A DNA stretch of 63,946 nucleotides, the filler included, from Octopus bimaculoides (Eukaryota), in assembly GCF_001194135.2 (NCBI RefSeq). It is 4 parts of 3 records of this genome, joined end to end, with 100 filler letters (N's around TTAATTAATTAA, not from the genome) between each part and the next. Parts side by side here need not be neighbours in the genome. Positions count along the whole stretch, not along the records: positions 1 to 29,272 come from NC_068988.1; 3 more parts are not named here. The stretch is one strand, 5' to 3'. Position numbers and translations under genes: made by a program. The notes under the pieces were generated by a model, which did not search any database, was not told where the DNA came from, and saw nothing but the letters and a program-made list of their open reading frames with translations. The stretch's first letter is position 1; each line of letters begins with the position of its first letter. Positions 12,821-27,456 of this stretch are shown one piece after another.

Positions 12821-14230
12821 NNNNNNNNNNNNNNNNNNNNNNNNNNNNNNNNNNNNNNNNNNNNNNNNNNNNNNNNNNNNNNNNNNNNNNNNNNNNNNNN
12901 NNNNNNNNNNNNNNNNNNNNNNNNNNNNNNNNNNNNNNNNNNNNNNNNNNNNNNNNNNNNNNNNNNNNNNNNTATATATATATATATATATATATATGTT
13001 GTATATGTGTGTATGTATTTATGAATAGATGTGTGTGTGTGTGTGTGCATGTGAGCTTGTATATGTATATATTCACAAAGACATGCATATGAAAATGGTG
13101 CAATTTGTTTTATTTTATCCTATTTAAAGCAACAAAATAATACTATTTGAGCCTGTGAGAAAGGGACAACATGTTTAAAAAACTTTCCATTGCTGTATTG
13201 ATATAAATTTTCTGATCACTTTTGAATTGTATCATATCTTGTAAAACATTCCATCTTTATCCACGTGCTATTGTGATGTCAGGAACGTAACTGACTCTTA
13301 TGTTTTAAGATTGCATTGAGTTTCTTTTCACTAATAGCTACGTTTATTTCAACGCTGTATGTTACTTTCTTACATAACTTTCATTGTGTTATATCCCGTA
13401 AATTTGATAAAACATATCTCACTATCAAATAACAAATATATAATGCAATGAAAAGCGTTTCATACATAACTGAGACAAACTGTTAACAAAACAAGTTCCT
13501 TACTTGTTTAAACTATTCTAACTGAGAATAAATTTAATTGCAAACACGATATTTTAATTAAATGAAATTACTTGTCAGTTAAATTATTATTTGCGTAAAT
13601 AATTATACATGAATTTATTGAATTATGTCTTTAGTGCATGATGTCGTGTTTGTGTGTTATGGCATATGTCTAGCAAAATACAATATTTAGTAAAGAATTA
13701 CAGTAACAGACACCACTATATCATGGAATATTCTATGCAATATGACATTTTAATGAAAACGTTTTAACAGTGAATATCTAGTTTAATTCATAAGGGATAT
13801 TGTGATATAAGAAAGGGGAGAAATAGAAGATGACAAAAACAAATGGAAAATGCCCGGAAGAAGAAAAAAATGCATGAGCTAAAAATTGTAAAATTGTTAA
13901 AGCTCAGTTACATACCATCAGGCAGTATCAATTTTCAGTATTTAAAAGATAATCTAAGACTCCTTATAGAGCAATTATATATATGTATACAGGATGAAGA
14001 ATAATTGGATTATAATGCCGTATAATACACTCATCAAAATATTTTATTTCTAACGAAAATCGCTTAGGATATTGACGCAAATAAATCTCTTAGTCGTTTC
14101 ATTTTACCATACACAGAATATTCTTTCGGCACGCGAAACAACGATGAAATTAGGAGAACGACATATATTAATATATAGTATTCAATTCTTTATATTAGAT
14201 TATATTGCCTATTGTAATACAATGTATATA

Positions 14231-14260
14231 TCAGGTCATTCCATAAGTTCTGTCCGATTT
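14231..14260 (+). mobile_element. Solo mariner-like terminal inverted repeat
   Basis: TA followed by TCAGGTCATTCCATAAGTTCTGTCCGATTT. Resembles the TIRs at 59406 (AAGTT...CCGATTT) and at ~18365-18400. No partner TIR seen. Confidence 0.45.
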
Positions 14261-14332
14261 TACCTTTTTTAAAATTGAATGAAATTTAATAGTATTTTAG
14301 AATATCTAATAGAATTAAAAATTGTTTTTATA

Positions 14333-14686
14333 CATTTGTGTACATTTAAACTAATTAAATATTATTTTACAGAGTATTAGAATTAAAATTTATTTGATTA
14401 AAACCATTTCTAGCATTGAAGTATCCAAAGAGCATTTAAGGCATATAATGTTCTCGTTTCTCATTCTGTACACATTTTTTTAAATATCCAGTACTCATAT
14501 ATGCNNNNNNNNNNCATTTGTGTACATTTAAACTAATTAAATATTATTTTACAGAGTATTAGAATTAAAATTTATTTGATTAAAACCATTTCTAGCATTG
14601 AAGTATCCAAAGAGCATTTAAGGCATATAATGTTCTCGTTTCTCATTCTGTACACATTTTTTTAAATATCCAGTACTCATATATGC
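14333..14686. other. Exact 172-bp duplication flanking a 10-N gap (probable unmerged contig overlap)
   Basis: 14333-14504 is identical to 14515-14686, separated by NNNNNNNNNN. Confidence 0.85.
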
Positions 14687-15813
14687 ATGTATATATACAT
14701 ATATATGTACGTATGTACATATTAGTATGTATATATGCATATATATATATATATACATATTAACGCATATTTAAACGGCAGCTTATGTTTGTGCGTGTGT
14801 GTAAGTGAATAGTGTGCATGTACGAGATATCTATAATGACGAAAATTGGATTGCACTGGAACAAAAATTAATTACAATTTAAGGAATACAAATAATTCAT
14901 ATTTTCATTCTACATAAATACTTATATTTCACTATGCGCCGAAATATTGTCCAAGAGGTATATCAAATAAGAATATTTGGGCCTTATATATATGTGCGTG
15001 TATATGTATGCACACATGAACACATACACACACACTCACACGCACTCACACTAAAGCACACACACACACGCAGCGACACACACACACATATAATATAAAA
15101 CCAAGGGGTAATAATTCAATTGTCCTCAATAGGGTGCTTGGTAGCACCTACGTTGATAGAAATAAGAGTCAAACATACGTATAGCCACAAATATAGCACA
15201 TGTGTATTTAGTGACAGGGGAGTTAACTGTCCCTCAGCGAGAGACGGTACTATATTGGCTAGCCAATTTCGCTTCAAATAAATGTACTATAACACCGAAA
15301 ATAGTTAAATCAAATAGTGTGCAAAGATGTAGAGGAGTGTAACAAAATTCTTAGTCAAAATTTTATTTTTACACAGACTTGGTATAAATAACCACGGCGC
15401 AAATCATATACATCAATCATATATTGTGCTGTTTGTTGCCTTACAAATATGAACACTGCCTTAACATACTCAAACACTATTTATGGACAACTGTCAAAAG
15501 TGCAACACTTGATTATAATATCTGTATTGTACTTTCGTATGCATAGCACTAAACCTAGGTTCATGTGGTAGAGTTTGTAAATGGCTCAATCACAATCTGT
15601 CAAATGTTAGCTTATCAAGTGAGGAAAGACGCCAGTTAAAACGAAATTTAAAGATAGCATTTCTTAAAGTTTAAGAATCGTCCCGCATATCAACATGTGT
15701 TCCTATCCAAATTCCGAGGAGGCTGGTTGCTTATTAGAATACATCTATGAAGATTTCCAATACATGTAAAAAGGGGAAGCCATATACATACATATATACA
15801 TGCGTACCTACCA

Positions 15814-15882
<69 letters not shown>

Positions 15883-16069
15883 AAAGCGCGCAAGCACGTG
15901 CACACACATAGAGGTAAAATTAATGCACAACCGTAAGAGCTCCTAATAGTTTTATGCTTTTATGATACTTGAATAGACATGTTTATAAAATATGTCGTGT
16001 ATCTCCTAAGAATCTTTCAGGTTCTGTGTATGCGTTATATAGATTTTAAAATCAAGGATGCTGGATGAA

Positions 16070-16155
16070 GATAGATAGACAGACATACAGACAAACATAC
16101 AGACAGATTGATAGCTAGATAGATAGATAGATGGCTAGCTAGCTAGCTAGCTAGC

Positions 16156-16254
<99 letters not shown>

Positions 16255-16255
16255 G
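16070..16255 (+). repeat. (GATA)n / (GCTA)n / (GACA)n compound tetranucleotide microsatellite
   Basis: Direct reading of the sequence. Confidence 0.95.
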
Positions 16256-17374
16256 TAATTATATACATATGCGTATACATGTGTATGCTTCTCTACCTAT
16301 AAATTCATTCGCAGAAATCTTAACATTGTAAAGCAGAGCAAATTACCACCAATTGAAGATCAGCTTACATGTTTCATGACGACATGATAATAATATTCCT
16401 TAATCGTACGAGGTGTAATAACGCGTATCTCATAACGAATAACAAGATGTTCCCTCATACGCTCAAATATATTATGACTTGCATAAAATATTTCACATTA
16501 AAGGAGAAAGAGTATATTCAGATGGTTGTAGCCACAAATCCCACTCGGAACTGTTGTTAGATATCAGATTTGCTGGAGTTAATTCAATTCGTATATTAGA
16601 ATTTTTTAGTAGAATCACGAGACGAAGTTTATGGGAGTTGATTGTCGATTATATAGATGCCAGATTTGAACTCAGCTCTTTACATGAAGCAGCTAAATAT
16701 TATATGGCAATGAATTCTTTACTCTTGTGAGTTTGCCATTCGCTGTCAAATATATTAAAAATGATTCCTTTCGTGAGGCACTAGGTGAGCTCCCTGACTT
16801 ATCTCTAAACAGATTTATGTATCCTTATCGATCCTCCCTCTAAGAAATAATGCGTCATCACTGACGTGATTATAGATTAATGGAGGGAAAGTAAAATCTC
16901 CTTATTGATTCCATCAAACTTTCTTGTTTTTTGTGTCAAATGTTTATGTAACTGAAACAACTTGCTTATGCGGAAATAAGGAACTAATCTTTTTTCTGTG
17001 TGAGATTGTTTTCCTTCATTTTGGTTTTGTAAACTAAAACACTAAGCAAAATGATAATAGGAAAAACAAGTATTACATTTAATCTGTGAGAAAAAAAAAT
17101 GTTTCTCACCTCTAAAATGTTTTTATGGCAGTCAGGGGAATTTCCATTAATTTCGAAATTATGTAGAAAACATTTTTTTCTTTTTTTCTGCAGGCATAGC
17201 TAAGTCGTTAAGACATTTGTTTCAGCAACGCAAAATTCCGGGCTCGATTGAGTTCTGTCACTGTAATTACTTAAAATCATACCTTTTCTTCGAACAATAT
17301 TCGCTTCTGAAAATCGATAGACTAAATTTTTGTGCAAATCTCACGAAAACACATCCGACCGCAACGATACACAG

Positions 17375-17406
<32 letters not shown>

Positions 17407-17649
17407 GCGTGTGCAAGTAAACATATACCTATAATAATATATTGATAGTTATACATGTACATATGTACAGAAGAACATGTATATGTATACACATACGCAT
17501 ATATGTGAAAGTAATCGAGATAAGCGGACAAATTTATATACTGTCTTACAGTGAAAGTCAGTTTAGTGAGTGTGATAAATATACATGTACATTCCCTATA
17601 CCAATATCTATAAATGTGGACATGGGCGTACTTATAGTGATCGTTATAA

Positions 17650-18400
17650 ATAAACATTTAACAACATCTTACGTGGGTGAAGACCTTCTTTAGCCTGGGG
17701 TTTCCGGTGTTTCTTGTTTACCTAAATATTGTTTTCAGCGCTTGACATTTTAAAAGAGAACCCATTTCTCATCACCAGTCACTTTTCAGTCCAAAAAAAG
17801 ATTAATTCGTGAGAAGTGACAGCAAAGAAGAACACACATTCACTCTCTGCGCGCGATTAGACTTGGAAAGTTTGTGAGGAACCAACTGACCCAATTTGCG
17901 AACTTTTCGGATGGAATGCAGGTGTCGATCAGTGGCTGAATGAGCAAATCCAAGCTACTTTGTTAGTTCCCCAACAGATATGATGGGGGTTTGTTCGACC
18001 AGGCTTTGCAGAATATCCTTGTCGAGCTCTTCAGATCTTCCAGGAAGCGGGTCGACCTCTAGGTTGTAGTTGCCGGCTCGGAATTTTTGGAGCCACTGTT
18101 GACAGGGGCTTACGTTTATTGTCCGATCGCCATATACTGCATTGATATTCCTCGCACGTTCCTCTGCTGTGTTGCTTTTAATGAACTCATAAAGTAAACT
18201 ATGCCGAATATGCTCCTTTGTCACTCCCATTAAAGCTTCCAAAAAATAACTGTTACAATCGAAATGCACACTTCAAAACTTGCATCATGAATAAGGTGAA
18301 GGTAAAATTACTATTTGTTTTTATAGCAAGTTGATGCAGGTAGTTTATCCCCCTCCGACTTGCAATTGAAAAAAATGCATTATTTATGAGATGAAAATAT
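17650..18400 (-). mobile_element. Mariner transposase pseudogene, 5' half with left TIR remnant
   Basis: ORF 17955..18269(-) GVTKEHIRHSLLYEF...ARNINAVYGDRTI...FRAGNYNLEVDPLPGRS is the HTH region. Past an in-frame stop it continues LGFAHS...GQLVPHKLS (WVPHEL-like), VTGDEKWVLF (first catalytic Asp) and GLHPRKMLL. TIR-like sequence at ~18365-18400. Confidence 0.9.
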
Positions 18401-18451
18401 TTGCCAAAATACACAAGTGTTCATCTAATTCTCCTCCTAACTTTGTCTCCC

Positions 18452-18501
<50 letters not shown>

Positions 18502-21399
18502 CACTCTCTCTCTTTCTCCCCCTCTCTCTCTTTCTATCTCACCCTTTCCGTACATATATATGTATATTAATTATTTAAACTCTTTTTCAGTCCACAAACT
18601 CTTCAGTTATGCTTCAATTATAAAATATATGCTCTAAAGTGATATAACATGTTTTACTTATGCATACTTTCTATCCGTTCAATGATAAACAATTTATAGC
18701 CATTTTTAGTAGGGTGCTACACCGCCACTTTTGATTAAGTTGCAGTTCAAGTCGGAATTTTTGTGGTAAAGACACCTAAGCACTTATCACACATAGCGAC
18801 TGAATTACGTCAGTAGACGGAATTTTATATACAATATTTACATATTTGTATGTAATTTGATATGTTTTTATCCGTGTATTTATCTATCTACCAATCTATT
18901 TATCTATCAAATATATGGATCCCGTCCCAAAATAATGCATGAAAGCTAGATTGTTTACAAAAGATCAAATAAACATAGAGAAATTGTGGCTAAATTATTG
19001 GGATGGAACATTTTGTACGATTGCAAAATCAAACGGCATTTGTTTTGAAAATTATTTAAATAGTTCTAAATATTATCAAAAACTGGACAGAATGCTACAC
19101 TGAGGATAATTTATGAATTGACTACATTTTAAAAAGGAGGCAGAATCTTATGAAATTAGAGCGAGGTTTTACAAGCTTCAATAAAGATCCCATGGATTTA
19201 AGTATTTAAAACGATTTTGTTAAAATTCCTGAGTTACCAAAATAAGATATTTGGAATAAGTTGATAACATTTTATGAGTAGATTGTTACAATATTAAATC
19301 ACTTATGTAAGAGAAATGCAAATTTTAGAATTATTCATAAACATATTCCAGTTTTGTATTACCATTTAATAAAGCCAATGCTTAGATTGGATGAGAGAGA
19401 TGCTTATTTTAAAAATGTCCCTGCGAAATACTAACGTAATATATACTTTCATTTTTCATCATTTTCCATGAAGTTACTACATTAAATTATTTATTGTATA
19501 GCATTTTATATGCTTATAATTGAACTGAATATACTTCTTTAACCTTCACATTGCTGAGCTGAGGACGTTATATTTAATGTACCCCACATCAAACACCAAA
19601 CGTTTTGTTCATTTATTATATCCTTCATTAACCTAAATCTCTCCAATTACAGTGACTAGCTAGTCAATAAGATTTTAGTATTAAACCTATCCTTTAACCA
19701 TACACTTTTTCTGCACTTAGTCTCTACATCGTATGCTAACCACTTCCTATTATAATCGCCATTATGTTTCCAGATACTCAGTCTCACATTGAACACAATT
19801 TCTTGCTCTGTATTCTTAAAAGATCATTTAATAGCTACGCTATCTACTAAAGACGCAGAACTGACAGAGTTTCGAAGTTACTATAAATTAAATTATAATG
19901 TTTATATACGGTAGTTGCAGCGTTCTTTGTGTGTGCCTATGTGCGTATTATTCTCGATAGTGGTTTGAGAATTATTACATTTATATCTCTTTACATCAAC
20001 CGTATTGCATGTCTTATACAATACTCCTGAAATAAAGGTGTCAAAGATATGGTACTTTATACAAATGTTTGGAGCCCCAAACGTAGGGCCATAGCATATC
20101 TGATGTCAAATGACTGAAGCAAGGATAACAAAAGAAGAATATTATAGATTATGCATCTGAGGAATAATTGATAACGTAACTTCATTATAATGGACCAAGG
20201 TCTATGATTACTGAACTTACGCGAAGCAAAATATAGAATTCGTCGTGTATTTGAATCGAATAGTTAGTGTTGTATGTGAATGTGATCTTTCGTTAAGAAG
20301 TTTCCCTTGATTCAGACAAAATATAAAATAACTTGCTATAACATAAAATTTAGCCTTTCTATTTGTGCTTGAATGTTTCAAGTATTTGTTTATAATTGCT
20401 TGCGGCATAATTAAAAATTGAAGCTGGCTATAATAGAAATAGAAATGCGAATATAAAATCAAAATAAAATAATTAAAGTTTGATACAAAACTAACAATGA
20501 TAGAATTTATTATATAAAGATATGTGTTACAAGTACACTTGTGTCAATCGAATTTATTATTTCTTTCTCCCATGTTTTAAAAAACCTTTTCATTTTCTTA
20601 CATCTTTTTTCTTCATCTTTTCAGATAAAGTTTTAGTAATTATATGAAAATTGAACATTTTAACGCTATTAACTGACTTCGGAAATCATAGGTTTGCGGC
20701 TATTTAACAGCTATGCCGAGAGAAGAATTAAAGTTATATATATATATACATATACATATATANNNNNNNNNNNATATATATATATATATATATATACACT
20801 CAAAAGAATTGTATAAAGACTTAAATTAAATTCACTTCGTCATCAAACTTTTCAAGTGTCTCAAAAGTGTGTATAATTGTTTATGTTCATTCGATCATGC
20901 TAGGAGAGATCTAACATAGATTAATGTGGACTCAATTAATTATAGAAGTATGTAAATACTATTTGAAAGTAACTCCATTCAATTTGTGTTATTACACCTT
21001 CCAACACACATGCCCAGTTTCTGCCTTGAATATCATTAATTGAAAATTAATTTCAAACTCTGAAAAGTGAATTTTACCATATCAGCTTTTATACTAAATA
21101 TTGGCTGAACGTCAATATGTATTCAAATATACTATTCAGATATAAAGTGGAGGTATTTAAATTTCCTATTTATTTCTTCAGGCATTATAATGATGGTTAT
21201 GAAAGTCATGCCATAAATATCCATTTTCACACTTTACTTCGCTTCTTCTTTCCACCACACATGTCTTTCCTTCTCACCTCTCCCGACATTTCTTCTCTTA
21301 TTCATTAATTTTACTTTCACTTTCTTTTCCTTTTCGTTGCTCTTCCCCTCCTCTCTCTTCATCTTATTTTCATCACTCTTTTCTTTTCTCTATCTCACT

Positions 21400-21662
21400 T
21401 TTCCTCTTCTTTTTCTTGTTGATTTTGTGATTGTTACTGTTGTTGGTGGTGGCGGTGGTAGTGATGGTCCTGCTGTTATTGTGGTTATTGCTTTTGCTGT
21501 GGTTCTTCTTCTTCTTCTTTTTTCCTCTCCTTCCTCTGCTCTTACTTTTACTTCTCCAACTACTATTTCTACCACAACTACACCACCAGCATCACCACCA
21601 CGGATTGTACACCCAACACCACTATTACAACCTCTCCATCACCAAATTTACCATCACTGCCA

Positions 21663-21731
<69 letters not shown>

Positions 21732-21745
21732 CACTACTACTACAC
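21400..21745 (+). repeat. Compound trinucleotide low-complexity tract (GGT/CTT/CAC) ending in (TAC)n
   Basis: Direct reading; explains the poly-T, poly-L and poly-Y ORFs here. Confidence 0.9.
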
Positions 21746-22235
21746 AAAGTCTTCTCACTTTTTTAAAGACATTACCGCAACAAACTAATTCATGATTACT
21801 GTCAGCCAAGTACATTGTCGAACTTAACTTCAAACTTATTTCTGATTGTTGTTTACTAATCTACAGACGAATGCTCAGATTATGCAAATTTATTCTAACC
21901 AATGTTTTAGAACACGGCCAAAACACAGAGAAGGCTGCTATCGGTCCTATGTTGCACAGCAAAGAGATTCACAGCACAAATATAGCTGTAATAAAATAAA
22001 CAACGAAATGTAAATCAGAAACCAACTGCACCGAAATAATAAATTTAGATACGGACGCTGCCAAAACAAAGAAAACGTATTTCAAAATATATTGGAATGA
22101 AAATGGAGAAAATAATAATGATGCAAACAATAAAAGTTATATTCCTTGAAGAGGAAGTAAAACAGAGTGAACTCTAACAATTGCAGAAAACCGAGTGCTA
22201 AAAGAAGAAACTGCCCGTATACTATGTATACATAC

Positions 22236-22274
<39 letters not shown>

Positions 22275-22278
<4 letters not shown>

Positions 22279-22492
22279 TACCAGCCTCTTCTCGTCACGC
22301 CACCGATATTATCCAAGAGAAAAGCAAAGGCCGATAGAGCTTGGCACCAGTGACGTCGCAACTCATTTCTACAGCTGAGTCAACTGGAGCAACGTGAAAT
22401 AAACTGCCTTACTAAAGAACACAACAAGCAGACCGGTCCGGGTATCGAACTCACAACATCACGATAGTAACCACTGAGCCATGCGTCTTCAC
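22275..22492 (-). mobile_element. tRNA-derived SINE, family C-related, partly deleted head
   Basis: Minus strand GAAGACGCATGGCTCAGTGG...GAGTTCGATACCCGG...TTGTGTTCTTTAGTAAGGCAGTTTATTTCACGTTGCTCCAG...CTCAGCTG...AAATGAGTTG. Shares its head and centre with 54189-54495 but has a different 3' part. Confidence 0.75.
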
Positions 22493-24504
22493 TACTTACA
22501 GAGTAGTATAAAAATAAATTTGTAAGTAAAAAGTGTCAAACTGGATCATTATGCATTCAATAAAGGAGAAGGCTAAGACTCGATATGTCAAAATATTGCT
22601 AAGAATAGATACACAGAAAAATAAATAGCCTGATATCTTTAGATAAAAGACTATTCTTATTCAGTGTGTTACTCAGCACAAGGACGAGAGGATGCACTTG
22701 CAGTGGATCGCCTTCTGTTTCTATGGAATATATTGTCGTTTTCAAGTCTTTCATTTTTGACTCATGGCTTTCAGTTATTGACTTTACTGCCTGTTTTGCA
22801 AAACCCTCTTGTTAGGTACACCTACTGTGTAATATATAAGAACTTCCGTATAAGAACAGGGAAGAAATCTTGTGAACAGGAAACATGTACATACATAAAA
22901 TATGATGTAAACATAAACATATTCGCTTCAAACGACGTAGTTATAATCATCTGCAAAACATCTATCACAATAAAGCTGATCAAGGAAAACCGACCAGGTG
23001 TAACAATCAAGAAATGGAAAGCAAATACACGTACACTGATTGACATTGACAGAACATTCCTAGACGTAGATTTGCAGGTAAATTCATCCCCAAACACTTT
23101 AAAGCAACAACACAATCGCTTGCGAAGCACTGGAATGATATGACAAATGCGTACACACAGAAAAACCGCACGCAAACACACACAACACACACACACAGAT
23201 CCAAAGAAACACCACATATCTCTGTATGCCTATAACCATATCTATGGATGCTAAGAAGATGTGAGGGAAAGCGATGGCGGAGTTTGAAAGGAAATTTATG
23301 AATTTAATAATTTATGCTTTGTCATGTCCGCACCTAAGAACGGCGAATTATATACAATTCCATACAATGATTTATATCCTTATCTGTACCTCTCTTCCCG
23401 AGTTTCAGTTCTTGCTTTCTCTCTCTTTATCAAATATGTAGTTATGTTGTGTGATGTAGGAAGATGTGTCCGCGTAACTACTCACATATCATACAAATTG
23501 CATTTCTTTTTTTTATAATATTCCTGTTTTGATCATCGAAAGATTGCTTTCACTTGTGAAAAGTAGGAGAAAGTGAAAATACATTTTAAGAAATCATTCA
23601 CGTAGATGCTCATAAACGGAAACACCATATCTGTCAAATCATTTTATACATAATCGAAAACATCGTTTTATTTTGTTTTGTTTTTTTAAACTACTTTCTC
23701 TCAATTCCTGTCTAACCCTTGTATTCACAGTTCATACTTACAACCATGTCACACTCTGTAACATTTTTCCTAAATCGCAGGCCAAAATCTCTTTCTCCCC
23801 TCTCTCTCTTTATTACTCTGTCTGTGTTTCTTTCTGTCTGTCTCACTTTCTACATACCTGTGCTTCGCTTTGAACGATCTCTGTTGGTTATTCTGTCCCA
23901 TTGCCTGTCTCTTGGAACGCAATCTTTCTTTTCTTTCTGAAGGATATTACAATTTAAGTTATTTTGCTTCGAAGACTGATGAGAATATTCTTTACTGAAT
24001 GACGAAAATATCTCAAATGTTTTTCTTACTTGTATGGTTTGTTTTGATTACCATACTTTCATTTCAATTCCATCGTTACAAAAAGGTGTGTATAAATATA
24101 TATGGATAGATATACATGCCCAGATTGTTCCCATTGAGAGAATTATGGCAGTACAAAATGACACCCACTTGATCTTACATGGTGTGAGTGTTCTTTGTTA
24201 GACTCTCAAAACGAAACAACATATCGTAAGGACTTTCTTCAACTACACTTTACACTTGTCTATTAGATATAGTTGAAGGTTTCACTTTGATTTTGAAAGG
24301 ATCAGTTTTCTATTTAGACAAGTGCATGGTCATCCAACGTAATGTTTCTCATTACGGAAACGAATACTAGTGGCTTTCTGCTACCTACTGTTACAGAAGC
24401 TGTGTTTTGAATGCCATGGAAAATGGGCAGGTTTCTTAATATTTCTACTCTGTCTCTAGTAAATTTATCTTTCTAATCTGCCTGTACTATGATACAATGA
24501 AAAT

Positions 24505-24712
24505 ACTGGTTTCAAAATTTGGCACAAGAACAGCAGTTTCGTGGAAGGTCTCAATCTGAGCCTATCGACCCCAGTGGTAAAGTGATACTTTATTGACACT
24601 GAATGGATGGAAGGCAAAGACGACCTAAGAATTTGAACTCAGAACATAAAGATAGACGAAATGCCACTAAGCAATTTGTCCAACGTTCTAACGATTCTAC
24701 CAGTTCGCCGCC
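24505..24712 (-). mobile_element. SINE family B
   Basis: Reverse complement of the 59959-60170 type (GGCAAAG..GACC..GAATTTGAACTCAGAAC...CTAACGATTCTACCAGTTCGCCGCC). Confidence 0.85.
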
Positions 24713-25101
24713 TTATAATATAGAGAAAAATTGTTAAAGCAATAAAGATATTAAATGAAACATGATCTTTGTTAATTACAGGAATGAATTATAAATAATC
24801 ATATTAATATCTGCTTCTATTCTAATTATTTCTTCTCACCTATGTTCAGGGTTAAATAGAATTAATATGACTACGTTTATAAGTTACTTATGTGAATTTA
24901 TGATATTATTTTCTCACCGCACCATTGGCAAAAGTTGAATTGGAAAATTAACCTTTTCAGCTAAACACAAATGTACATTCATAAACGCAGTCCTTTTCAC
25001 AAACACATATTCGCATAGATGTACTTGTGTGAAGTACGTTCGTATGTGTATACGTGTATATGAATATGTGTATCTTGTTGTAAGTGCAGCCGGATGAATG
25101 A

Positions 25102-25137
<36 letters not shown>

Positions 25138-26041
25138 CTATATGCGATTGTTCCGCTCCAGTGTTAATTATTTAAAAGGTTTCGTTTATTTAATTTATTT
25201 CGAGTAGAATATACAAAATTAATTTCACGCACCAAAGTTCACACGTACATCAGTTTCTATATAACGTAATATATCGACCAGTCATACATGGAGTTTGTAT
25301 TTGGTTACAGTATCTGCTAGAAATAGCAAGCTAGCGTATTACCCTCATGTAACACCGCCGTTATAATGAAAGAAGGGCCGTTTCAGTAATGCAATCTTAC
25401 GCAATATTTATTAGAAGAACATTGTTAATTGTATGCTTTGAAATATATGTCCGATGAAGACTATTATGAAGACTATTAACCTGGCGTTACACTATAGGAA
25501 ATAGATTAACATATGGTAATATGATATCGGCTGTTGATGACGTTTTTGACCAACAGGACGAAAGACAATCCAACGTTTGTGTTCAAATACTGCAACACCC
25601 ATGTAAGAAATATATGGGCCGCAAGAGGGTCGATATAAAAAATGACTCTCATTTAGTCACATTACACGAGAGTATTTTGGTCAACCTATGAACGGTTCAG
25701 CCGACCCTCACGTATATGTGTGTGGGGGGGGGGATACACATTTACTCAGATATGTATGTGTATGCATTATATTATTCAAACCTTAATAGCAAAAGTAATT
25801 CTTTTCCGATCGTTCAGTTAATTATGTAAGTATGTCAAGAGTAAATTATGATAAAATCCTGACGTATACAACATATATATCACTGTGTCAACGGTTTCGT
25901 CCTTTTGAACACAGAATACGCACGGTCACATAAAGACACATAATCGCATGCTCACACACGCACATCAATAATTATATAATACCACATACGTTCTCATACT
26001 CTAACGAGTATTCATTTTCTATCATATACACAGAGAAAGAC

Positions 26042-26075
<34 letters not shown>

Positions 26076-27097
26076 GTATATATATATATNNNNNNNNNNN
26101 NNNNNNNNNNNNNNNNNNNNNNNNNNNNNNNNNNNNNNNNNNNNNNNNNNNNNNNNNNNNNNNNNNNNNNNNNNNNNNNNNNNNNNNNNNNNNNNNNNNN
26201 NNNNNNNNNNNNNNNNNNNNNNNNNNNNNNNNNNNNNNNNNNNNNNNNNNNNNNNNNNNNNNNNNNNNNNNNNNNNNNNNNNNNNNNNNNNNNNNNNNNN
26301 NNNNNNNNNNNNNNNNNNNNNNNNNNNNNNNNNNNNNNNNNNNNNNNNNNNNNNNNNNNATATATATATATATATATACATACATATACATATACTTATA
26401 CACATATACATATATATATACATGTATGTTTATATATATATTCGTATTTATATACATTATTAGATATGCACACATAAGTGTCTGTGTATGCGTTTGCATA
26501 TATAGCTCTTGCATGCGTGTGTGTTTCGCTGCTGATAAGTCGGTGTTCTTATATATTTAAGAAATTATGAAGATTTTGGCGCAATTTTTCATTATGTTTT
26601 GAATACCATATGAATTTCATGATTGAATTTATGGCATTAGATTCTGTAAATCACCCGGCCGGAAACCATTAAACTTTCATCGCACGAGTGAGTCTGCAAT
26701 TATTTTCAAGCATAACGTGTTAATTTTCCTTCTATTGCGCGCCTCGACTTCAAAGATAATCAAGCTACCACGCATATATATAATGGACAACTTTTATAAT
26801 ATAGTAAGTAGAAAAACTTTGATTAATTCTCTCCAATTAGTACACCCAGACACTCGATAAAAGTGTATAAATTTATGAATAAAAATAATGAGATGCGATG
26901 GAAGTAATCCTGATTGGATTGAAATAGTGGAAAAATTTACATTATGTACTGAGGATATAAACTCTGGAATATATGTGGTGATATGTTCAATGTGGGTTAC
27001 CTAAGATTTTGAACGTATTTAGTAGACGTTTTAGGGACGTCTTAAAACTTTTATCACTGCAATCAAGCGAAAAACACTGCAGCAACATATGATAGAG

Positions 27098-27456
27098 CAG
27101 TGGTTCTCAACCGGTGTTCGTAGGGCTCCTGAGGGTCCATATAAAGTTTGGGGGTGGGGTGGGGAGTGTACATGCAACAAAATAGCAAACTGAAGTTGCA
27201 CATCGTCATTTTAAGTGTCTCTGAAAAAATGTAGCTCTAGATTTATGTTTTGGTATGCATTACAAGATACAACTAGATTTCTTACCCTAACATTTTACAA
27301 TAGTTAAACCTAGAGTTAATGTGTGAAAAATACGATAGGCAATCTGAAAGAAGTTTCTATAAGTCTATTTTAAAAAGATTGAATGGCTATAGGGATCCAC
27401 CAGAATAATATAGTAATCAAAGTGGTCCATAGATAAAAAATGGTTGAGAACCACTG
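27098..27456. mobile_element. hAT (Charlie-like) MITE, 359 bp
   Basis: Perfect 15-bp TIRs CAGTGGTTCTCAACC (27098-27112) and GGTTGAGAACCACTG (27442-27456). 8-bp TSD TGATAGAG (27090-27097) / TGACAGAG (27457-27464). Confidence 0.92.

Noticed and set aside
15254-15267. 14-bp palindrome ATTGGCTAGCCAAT and other 7-8 bp hairpins (1696-1720, 57782-57798)
   Set aside because: Several such stems are expected by chance in 64 kb.
21850-22200. YRRMLR...MEKIIM pieces suggesting an old RTE relic
   Set aside because: Only two short motifs in different frames; not enough for a call.
23977-24028. CTGATGA...CGAAA hammerhead-like core
   Set aside because: Stem II is 1 bp, stems I and III cannot both form, and the triplet would end in U.
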